The notes below the pieces were generated by a model. The model saw nothing but the letters and a program-made list of their open reading frames with translations, had not been told where the DNA came from and did not search any database. DNA of 64,000 bases, from positions 19,439 to 83,438 of the forward strand of contig JAJUFS010000001.1 of NCBI GenBank assembly GCA_029263725.1, given 5' to 3'. The position numbers and the translations under genes were made by a program. Positions 22,908 through 29,645 of the stretch are shown here, one piece after another (within the stretch, counting starts at the first letter, position 1; every line of letters starts with the position of its first letter). Source of the DNA: Gammaproteobacteria bacterium (GTDB lineage: Bacteria > Pseudomonadota > Gammaproteobacteria > Natronospirales > JAJUFS01).

Positions 22908-22985
22908 CCCGATGCAAGCCGCTCGCCGTCCCCGCGAAAGTCAGGGCGTGTTCATTGAACGCGTCATCGACGCTCGGGGGTTTAC

Positions 22986-24302
22986 GTGTCATTGCCAGCT
23001 GCCGTTCTGCTGTCCGGCGTTTTCCTTTCCGCGGGCGCATTGGCCGCGCCCGCGATTCTCGTCTCGCCCGATCCGCAACCGCGCGACGGCTTCGGTCTCG
23101 TGGTTGCCGCGCATGACGATCTCATTGCGGTCGGCGCGCCCGGCGCCGATACCTCCATCGCCGAGGGTTACGTGCACCTGTACGAGTTCGACGGCACGGC
23201 CTGGCGGCATGCGGCCACCCTGCAGCCGCCCGAAGGATTCACGCACGAAGGCTTCGGTCTCGGCATCGCGATCGATGCCGCGCGTGTCGTGGTCGGTGCG
23301 CCGCGGGCGGACCTGAATGGCTTTGATGACACCGGCGCGGCTTACGTGTTCGTGCGCACCGCCGACGGCTTTCGCCTGGAAGCGCGATTGACCGCGGCCG
23401 ATGCCGCGCCGCGCACCGGCTTCGGCACATCCGTGGCGCTGGACGGCGGCAGGCTGATCGTCGGCGCAAACGGGCGAATCGACGAGTTCGGGCCGCCGCT
23501 GGGCGCGGCCTACGTGTTCGAGCATGACGACACGCACGGCTGGCAGCAGCACGCCAGGCTCCAGCCCGCCGCCTACCGCGACAGTCTCTACGGCAGCGAA
23601 GTCGCGTTGAGCGCGTCGTCAGCCGCGGTCGGCGCGCCCAACAACGGCGTCGACGGCAAGGGCATGGTGATGTTCTATGTGCGTGAAGACAGCGGCTGGT
23701 TCGAGAACGGCATCATCGCGCCCGAGCTGGGCGGCAGCCTCACCTCCTTCGCCAGTGCGCGAATGGTGATGGAGGGCAGCCGCATCGCCATTAGCGCCGA
23801 CAGCGACCAGGCAAGCTTCGGCGGCGCGCAGGGCAGGGTGTATGTCTACGAGCGTGGCGCGGATGGCTGGCAGGAACAGGCCGTGCTCGCGCCGCCCTCG
23901 GACGAGGGCCATGGCTTCGGCTGGTCGCTCGCCATGGCGGGCGATCACATCGCGGTGACGCAGACCAATGGCAGCCAGGTGTTCCTGTTCCGCAGGAATG
24001 CCAGCGGCTGGTCATTGATCGACACCCTCGCGCCGGAAGGCTTCATTTCCGTATCGCGGCGCGCGCTGGCGTTGACCGCGAACCGCCTCGTGGTGGGCAG
24101 CGAGGGCGAGGCGCAGGTGCATGAACTCGCCGAAACGGCCGATGGCAATGCTGCGTCATCCCCCGATGCCGGCGGTGACGTGGTGCTGATCGTCGAACCC
24201 ATCCCCGAGCGCAAGAGTGCAAGCGGTGGCGGCGGCATCGGCGGCTGGCTTGCGTTCATGCTCCTGGCGCTCGCTCCCAGGCTTCGCGTCCGCCGGGAAT
24301 GA
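22986..24302 (+). CDS. secreted seven-blade FG-GAP-like beta-propeller protein with a GlyGly-CTERM-like sorting tail
   Basis: Signal peptide, then about seven repeats of the form (D/E/T)GFG..(V/I)A..(D/G)..(L/I)(I/V)VGAP. C-terminus is SASGGGGIGGWLAFMLLALAPRLRVRRE. Confidence 0.7.
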   Translation: MSLPAAVLLSGVFLSAGALAAPAILVSPDPQPRDGFGLVVAAHDDLIAVGAPGADTSIAEGYVHLYEFDGTAWRHAATLQPPEGFTHEGFGLGIAIDAARVVVGAPRADLNGFDDTGAAYVFVRTADGFRLEARLTAADAAPRTGFGTSVALDGGRLIVGANGRIDEFGPPLGAAYVFEHDDTHGWQQHARLQPAAYRDSLYGSEVALSASSAAVGAPNNGVDGKGMVMFYVREDSGWFENGIIAPELGGSLTSFASARMVMEGSRIAISADSDQASFGGAQGRVYVYERGADGWQEQAVLAPPSDEGHGFGWSLAMAGDHIAVTQTNGSQVFLFRRNASGWSLIDTLAPEGFISVSRRALALTANRLVVGSEGEAQVHELAETADGNAASSPDAGGDVVLIVEPIPERKSASGGGGIGGWLAFMLLALAPRLRVRRE

Positions 24303-24693
24303 TCTCGAACATCGGATGCGCGGTGAGCGAGACATGACCGCGCAGCCGTTGCGCCCATTGCGGCGCGCGCTGATCGAGTTTCGCCTGCAGGTGGGCGCGC
24401 TCGAATCGCATCTGCCCGCACGTCACCGTCATGCGGATGTCGTTACCGGGCGCGAGTATGCGTCCTGCATCGAAGCGATAGCCGCGCGCCTGCGATTCCT
24501 GCAGCACGCCGTCCAGGTAGCAGCCAATGGCCTCAAGCGGCTGCGGCAGGTCGCGGAAACGCGATAGCTGCGGATGTTGCCGGTAGCCGCGTGTCTCGCC
24601 CGCCAGCACCTTCTGCGCGAGCAGCGCTTCGCGCCACAGTGCCACCAGCCCGGCGGGATCAAGATGACGGGGATGCAGACTCCACAGCCGCAT
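24256..24693 (-). CDS. pyrimidine dimer DNA glycosylase / endonuclease V-like protein
   Basis: MRLWSLHPRHLDPAGLVALWREALLAQKVL..GYRQHPQL pattern recalled from bacterial DenV-like (Pyr_excise) proteins. It lies 6 nt downstream of the LLM gene. Confidence 0.6.
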   Translation of the reverse strand: MRLWSLHPRHLDPAGLVALWREALLAQKVLAGETRGYRQHPQLSRFRDLPQPLEAIGCYLDGVLQESQARGYRFDAGRILAPGNDIRMTVTCGQMRFERAHLQAKLDQRAPQWAQRLRGHVSLTAHPMFEIIPGGREAWERAPGA

Positions 24694-24699
24694 GCGTGA

Positions 24700-25689
24700 T
24701 CACAGGCCGCGCGCGGCTTCCGCGGCAAGCTCGTAGGATCGCATGCGCGCGTCGTGGTCGAAGATCTGCGAGGTAATGATCAGCTCGTCGGCCTGCGTAC
24801 GTTCGATGAAGGCGCGCATCGCCTCGCGCACGTCCTCTGCCGTGCCGATGCCGCTGCACGACAGCACTTCGTCGATGAGATTGCGCTCGTGCGGCAACAG
24901 GCTGTCGCGGTAATGCGCGACCGGCGGCGGCAAGGGTGTCGGCCGGCCGCGACGCAGGTTGACGAAGGCCTGTTGCATGGAGCTTGCAAGATATTCCGCT
25001 TCCTCGCGGCTGTCGGCGGCAAACACGTTGAAGCCGAGCATCACGTACGGCTTCTGCAGCCGCTCCGAGGGCTGGAAGCGCGCGCGATACAGCGTGATGG
25101 CATCGAACAGCTGTGCAGGCGCGAAATGCGAGGCGAAGGAGTAGGGCAGGCCGAGCGCCGCGGCGAGCTGCGCACCGAACAGGCTGGAGCCGAGAATCCA
25201 CACCGGGATGTTCAGGCCGGCGCCGGGCACGGCGATCACCGCCTGTCCCGGTTCCGGATCGTCGAAGTAATGCAGCAGTTCGACGACGTCGCGGGGAAAG
25301 GCTTCCGGGTCGGTGAGCAGGTCGCGCCTGAGCGCGCGCGAAGTCGGCGAGTCGGAACCCGGCGCGCGCCCAAGACCGAGATCGATCCTGCCCGGGAACA
25401 GCGATTCCAGCGTGCCGAACTGCTCGGCGATCACCAGCGGCGAATGGTTCGGCAGCATGATGCCGCCCGCGCCGACGCGAATGCGTTCGGTGACCGAGGC
25501 GACCATCTGGATGAGCAGGCTGGTGGCGGCGCTGGCCACGCCCGGCATGCCGTGATGCTCCGCCATCCAGTAGCGCCGGAAACCCAGCCGTTCGCAATGC
25601 TGCGCCAGCTCGCGCGTATGCCGGAAGGATTCGGCAGCAGTACTGCCGTCGTTGATGGGCGAAAGATCGAGTACGGAAAGCGGGAACAT
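24700..25689 (-). CDS. LLM-class flavin-dependent oxidoreductase (luciferase-like)
   Basis: [11 protein letters not shown]...[26 protein letters not shown] is typical of YhbW-type luciferase-like monooxygenases. Confidence 0.85.
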   Translation of the reverse strand: MFPLSVLDLSPINDGSTAAESFRHTRELAQHCERLGFRRYWMAEHHGMPGVASAATSLLIQMVASVTERIRVGAGGIMLPNHSPLVIAEQFGTLESLFPGRIDLGLGRAPGSDSPTSRALRRDLLTDPEAFPRDVVELLHYFDDPEPGQAVIAVPGAGLNIPVWILGSSLFGAQLAAALGLPYSFASHFAPAQLFDAITLYRARFQPSERLQKPYVMLGFNVFAADSREEAEYLASSMQQAFVNLRRGRPTPLPPPVAHYRDSLLPHERNLIDEVLSCSGIGTAEDVREAMRAFIERTQADELIITSQIFDHDARMRSYELAAEAARGL

Positions 25690-25750
25690 GGCAGGCCTCA
25701 CGCATGAAAGCGACAAGGCTAACCCCTGGCGGCAAGGGGTTGAAGGCTGA

Positions 25751-25780
25751 AAGCAAAACGCCCGGCAGCGCCGGGCGTTT
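25751..25780 (-). terminator. intrinsic terminator after the EF-hand gene
   Basis: Minus strand reads ACGCCCGGC-gcu-GCCGGGCGU followed by UUUUGCUUU. Confidence 0.65.
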
Positions 25781-25799
25781 CGTCAGCCGTGCGGTGCGA

Positions 25800-26042
25800 T
25801 CACTCGTGCACCGGCACCTCTTCCTGCTCGGCCGAAACCTGCTTGAGTTCGTCCTCGGCAAGCTGGCCGTCCTGGTTCTGGTCGTAGGCGTCGAAGTTCG
25901 CGGAAATCGCTTCCACGGAGGCGGCTTCTTCCCTGGAGAGCTGGCCGTCGCCATCCTGGTCGTGATCGGCAATCCTGACTTCTTCGTTGGCAAACGCCGC
26001 GCCGAACGCCGCGGCAAGGGCAATCGCGAGAATCTTCTTCAT
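25800..26042 (-). CDS. small secreted EF-hand calcium-binding protein
   Basis: Signal peptide MKKILAIALAAAFGAAFA. Two canonical 12-residue EF loops, DQDGDGQLSREE and DQNQDGQLAEDE. Confidence 0.75.
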   Translation of the reverse strand: MKKILAIALAAAFGAAFANEEVRIADHDQDGDGQLSREEAASVEAISANFDAYDQNQDGQLAEDELKQVSAEQEEVPVHE

Positions 26043-26227
26043 GGAAACGTCTCCTGTCATGTCTTGCGGGGAGCAGAATGCTCACCCTTCGTCATGCACG
26101 AGACGTGCCACGTCGAAAGCCGCGCCGTTGTGCCATCGTTGACGATGGCCTGTCGCCGGGAGGCAACGCAGTCATGTCAAATGCGTGCAGGCGCGCGGTT
26201 CATGCGCGTCGCCGGCAGGCGACGCGC

Positions 26228-26908
26228 TCAGGCTTCCTGGTAACGCTCCAGCAGGTACTGCAGCGAAATCTCGCTGGTTTCCTCGAAGTGCACATCCAGC
26301 ACGTCGAACGACTGGATGCGGTCGATGCGGAAGGTGCGGTAGTCGCCGCGCAGCTCGCACCAGGAAAGCAGCGTCCAGACATTGCCCCAGAACACCAGGC
26401 CCAGCGGCCAGACGATGCGGCGCGAAAACGCTTCGTCGGCGCGTCGGTAGCGCATCTCCAGCTTGCGCTTGTCGTTGATGGCCTCGCGAATGATGTCGAG
26501 CCGCGCGCCGAATTCCTCCGCGTCCGGGAAGCTCGGCGCGAACATGCGCGGCTGCCGCAGTTCCGCCTTGAGCTTCGGCGGCAGCACCGAGTCGATCTTG
26601 ATCAGCGCTTCCTTGGCCGCAGCCGAAAGCTTCCTGCCGCCCCAGGCGTCGATCATGCGCGCACCGACGATCAGCGCCTCGATTTCCTGCGGCGTGAACA
26701 TCAGGGGCGGCAAGTGGAAACCACCGCGCAGCACGTAGCCGATGCCCGCTTCGCCTTCGATGGGCACGCCGGAAAGCATGAGGTCCTGCACATCGCGATA
26801 GATGGTGCGCTCGGAGACTTCCAGCCGCTCGGCAAGCTGCCGCGCGGTGGTAAGCCGCCGGCCCTGCAGGTACTGGATGATCTGGAAAAGACGATCCGCA
26901 CGTCGCAC
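26228..26908 (-). CDS. YafY-family transcriptional regulator (HTH plus WYL domain)
   Basis: GTG start at 26908 gives (M)RRADRLFQIIQYLQGRRLTTARQLAERLEVSERTIYRDV, the typical YafY N-terminus. The region upstream of 26908 in the listed ORF looks non-coding. Confidence 0.8.
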   Translation of the reverse strand: MRRADRLFQIIQYLQGRRLTTARQLAERLEVSERTIYRDVQDLMLSGVPIEGEAGIGYVLRGGFHLPPLMFTPQEIEALIVGARMIDAWGGRKLSAAAKEALIKIDSVLPPKLKAELRQPRMFAPSFPDAEEFGARLDIIREAINDKRKLEMRYRRADEAFSRRIVWPLGLVFWGNVWTLLSWCELRGDYRTFRIDRIQSFDVLDVHFEETSEISLQYLLERYQEA

Positions 26909-26961
26909 GTCCTGGCTTCCCCCGTCGAGATGATGTTCATGGTGCGCAGTCTGCCGCCGCG

Positions 26962-27504
26962 TTACTCGCCTTCCCAGTAGTCGCGGCAATCGCTTTCGCG
27001 CGCGACGTACAGCAGCTGCCTGCCGTCGGCATGGGAAGGAAACGCGGCCATCAGGCTGAACTTGCCGGAGTCAGGGTACTCGCAGATCTCCGGCGTCCTC
27101 CGGGTACTGACGCACAGTATCTTCAGTTCCGCGCTGCCGGTATTGATGAACTGGTGCGCGGTTTCCGGCCCGCCCGCGGGGCAGGCGACGAAATCTCCCT
27201 TGCGTACGGCATGACGCTCGCCGCCGTAGCGCATCTCGCCTTCGCCTTCGAGGATGAAGAACATTTCCTCGTTGACGCGGTGATTGTGATACGGGAAGGC
27301 GCGCCTGCCCGGGGGAATCACCGTGATGTTGTAGCCGAGCTGCTCGGCGCCGATGAGCGTGCCGATCATGCCCATGCGCGCAGCATACTTGTCCGCCGTG
27401 GCCGGATCGTCCGGCGAAAATTCCGGCGGCCGCGGATGCAAGGCGATGTCGTCGATGTTGATGATGCGTTTCATCGTCGCATCGTTGCGGGTGTCATCGT
27501 TCAT
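26962..27504 (-). CDS. cupin domain protein
   Basis: PYHNHRVNEEMFFILEGEG...GDFVACPAG cupin motifs 1 and 2. AGGAG lies 8 nt upstream of the ATG at 27504. Confidence 0.8.
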   Translation of the reverse strand: MNDDTRNDATMKRIINIDDIALHPRPPEFSPDDPATADKYAARMGMIGTLIGAEQLGYNITVIPPGRRAFPYHNHRVNEEMFFILEGEGEMRYGGERHAVRKGDFVACPAGGPETAHQFINTGSAELKILCVSTRRTPEICEYPDSGKFSLMAAFPSHADGRQLLYVARESDCRDYWEGE

Positions 27505-27524
27505 GCTCGGTCTCCTGCAAAGGT

Positions 27525-28121
27525 TCAGAACGCGCACGCGGCGTGCGTCGTCTCCTGTTCCGGCGAGAAGCGTGCATGCAGCAGCAGGGCGGTGACTTCC
27601 TCGGCCAGGTCGCGGGCGGCGTCGGGCCGCGCCGTGACGATGTTCTGGTCGCTGAGCGCGGCCGCGGGCACGTAGAAGCCGCTGGACGAGAAGCCCGGTA
27701 CATGGGTTTCGAGGTAGCGCGCGCTCGCGGCCGTGTGATTCACGCCATCGAGCAGTCCGACGCGGGCGAGTGCGGTGACGCCGCTGCCGATGGCGGCGAG
27801 CGGCACCGCCGCTTCGTCGAAGCTCTGCAGGAGGTCGGTGACCGCCGCGGTGACGAGATCGCGCGAGGCGTTCCGCTGCGGCTGTTCCCACAGCGCCCCG
27901 GCGGGCAGCACGAACAGCCCGGCGCGCGCCAGGTCGATGACGTCGGGGCTGCCTTCCGCCAGCACCCGCAGGCCGCTGGCCGCGGTCACCGCGGCTTCCG
28001 TCAGGCCGAAGGCAATGACGCGATAGCCGGCGACGTTGCGCACCGACTCGAGCATGGCGCTGACGCCGTGATCATCGAATCCGTCGAAGACGAGAACATA
28101 GGCATGCTTGCGATAGGCCAT
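27525..28121 (-). CDS. DJ-1/PfpI-fold protein lacking the nucleophile Cys
   Basis: YVLVFDGFDD...LAAIGSGVTALARVGLLDG aligns with the ..aaIC.G...LA.aGLLdG elbow, but has Gly where the catalytic Cys should be. Confidence 0.65.
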   Translation of the reverse strand: MAYRKHAYVLVFDGFDDHGVSAMLESVRNVAGYRVIAFGLTEAAVTAASGLRVLAEGSPDVIDLARAGLFVLPAGALWEQPQRNASRDLVTAAVTDLLQSFDEAAVPLAAIGSGVTALARVGLLDGVNHTAASARYLETHVPGFSSSGFYVPAAALSDQNIVTARPDAARDLAEEVTALLLHARFSPEQETTHAACAF

Positions 28122-28194
28122 GGCGCCCCCCTTTGCTGCAATTGCGGCAGCAATTCTGCACCGGGCCTGCTGACAGCGTTCTGTCAGTAGTGTG

Positions 28195-28971
28195 TCAGGC
28201 TGGCGCCGCCATGCCTTCGATGATGAGTTCCTCGCGGTGCGCCGCGCGCAGGCGGTGCAGCAGCTTGTCCGCGGCATGGAACATGCCGTTGAGGTCGCGC
28301 GGGGCGGGCGAGGCGGTGACCGCGCCGATGCGCGCGTGCACGCGCCGCGCGTCCAGCGCGAGGCGGACCTTCTCCAGGGCCACGTGCGCCGCCGCCTGGC
28401 CGGTCTCGGGCAGAAGGATCGCGAATTCGCCGGCTTCCAGCCGTCCCGCCACATCGCTGATGCGCAGGCTGTCGGCGAGCACTTCGGCGACCTGGCGACA
28501 TTGACCGTCCTGGTCGGCGTCGAGGGTGAGATAGGCCAGCGTGACCGGCTCGCCATTGCGATGGCAGACCGCCAGCACCGAGCCGGCGCGCTCGAAGAAG
28601 CCGTGGCGGCTCGCCAGCCCGGTTTCCTCGTCGACCGCGGCGAGTTCGTGGGCGGTTTCGCGGTTCACGTGCAGCCAGCGCGCCAGCAGGGTGACCACCA
28701 CGAACAGCGCGCCCTGCAGCAGCAGGTTGGTCAGCCAGCTGGCCGGCTCGAAGTAGGGACTGCCGGCCTCCAGCGAGACCATGGCCCACAGGCCGGCGGC
28801 GAGCACCGCGGCGATGATCGCGGTGGTGCGCTCCAGGTACCAGCCCGCGAAGATCAGCGGCACGAAGTACAGCGGCCCGGCGTACATGGCGAAGCGGCCG
28901 TAGTGGTCGATGGCGGCCGCGGCCAGGATGCCCGCGAACACCAGCAGCATGATCAGGAAGCGGTTGTTCAT
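28195..28971 (-). CDS. membrane GGDEF-domain protein with a degenerate active site (EAGEF) and a retained RxxD I-site
   Basis: About four N-terminal TM helices. DEETGLASRHGFF matches D.LTGL.NRR.F. RISDVAGRLEAGEFAILLP aligns with RxxD-x5-GGDEF. The FK.iND..GH..GD segment is shortened to LDADQDGQ. Confidence 0.8.
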   Translation of the reverse strand: MNNRFLIMLLVFAGILAAAAIDHYGRFAMYAGPLYFVPLIFAGWYLERTTAIIAAVLAAGLWAMVSLEAGSPYFEPASWLTNLLLQGALFVVVTLLARWLHVNRETAHELAAVDEETGLASRHGFFERAGSVLAVCHRNGEPVTLAYLTLDADQDGQCRQVAEVLADSLRISDVAGRLEAGEFAILLPETGQAAAHVALEKVRLALDARRVHARIGAVTASPAPRDLNGMFHAADKLLHRLRAAHREELIIEGMAAPA

Positions 28972-28977
28972 GAATGT

Positions 28978-29026
28978 CCTCCCCGCACCGTTCCGGTTTC
29001 CGGAAACGGTATTACACGCGGGGAGG
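28978..29026 (-). promoter_or_regulatory. hairpin sequestering the Shine-Dalgarno of the GGDEF gene
   Basis: Minus-strand RNA reads CCUCCCCGC-(31 nt containing the palindrome GTTTCCGGAAAC)-GCGGGGAGG-acauuc-AUG. The GGAGG lies in the 3' arm. Confidence 0.45.
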
Positions 29027-29070
29027 ACGGGCTGTGCGGATGATTGCGTAGGGGATGCAACCGAGTCCGC

Positions 29071-29400
29071 TCACATGGCGATGCAGGCGGTCCAGAGCTC
29101 GTCGGTGAACAGCAGGCGCGTCGTGCCGCAGATGCGGACGTGGTTCATGGTGCAGGCATCGCCGTCCTCGTCGACGATCTTGACGTCGTAGTTGCCGCAG
29201 GGAATGTTCTGCAGCGTCAGCTTGCTGCTGCTTTCCAGCGTGTCGTCGGCGAGCTGGTCGTCGCCCCACTCCGAGTCGGAGGTGGACGAGACGTAGAGGT
29301 ACCAGAAGTCCCAGCTGCTGCCGTTGTGAATGACGAGGTCGGCGGCATGGGCGGTGAGCGGCAGCATGCCCGCAGCCAGCAGGATGATCAGGCGTTTCAT
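29071..29400 (-). CDS. small secreted four-cysteine protein (109 aa), unknown function
   Basis: Signal peptide MKRLIILLAAGMLPLTAHA. The mature part has four Cys (CGNYDVKIVDEDGDAC, RICG, TAC). G/C-rich third-position codon usage matches neighbouring genes. Confidence 0.6.
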   Translation of the reverse strand: MKRLIILLAAGMLPLTAHAADLVIHNGSSWDFWYLYVSSTSDSEWGDDQLADDTLESSSKLTLQNIPCGNYDVKIVDEDGDACTMNHVRICGTTRLLFTDELWTACIAM

Positions 29401-29567
29401 GTAAGTCCCCCCGGTGAAGATGGCCGGGAAGCGCCCGGCCGCAACGATACGAAGCTTTGCCGATGGGGAAGGGGCTGGCAAGCGTTCGGGCGGCAAACGG
29501 CGTGGAACGGCGAGTTTTTGGGGTGGCGCGTTTCACAAGCGGCATCGGCCCCCACGCAGACCGGGGC

Positions 29568-29592
29568 AAAAAAACCCCGCCTTTCGGCGGGG
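29568..29592 (-). terminator. intrinsic terminator after the lipoprotein gene
   Basis: Minus strand reads CCCCGCC-gaaa-GGCGGGG followed by UUUUUUU. It lies 54 nt after the stop at 29646. Confidence 0.8.
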
Positions 29593-29645
29593 CAAGCTCC
29601 ACTCGCGATGGAGACTGGCAGGAGGTTGTTGTTGTCCGGCGTGCC

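Noticed and set aside
28192-29043. A 283-aa plus-strand ORF and other plus-strand ORFs (26078-26980, 27031-27675, 27543-28190) across the minus-strand accessory genes.
   Set aside because: All are antisense to ORFs with clear domain signatures (GGDEF, YafY, cupin, DJ-1). They show Arg/Gly/Ala-rich composition typical of non-coding frames in GC-rich DNA.
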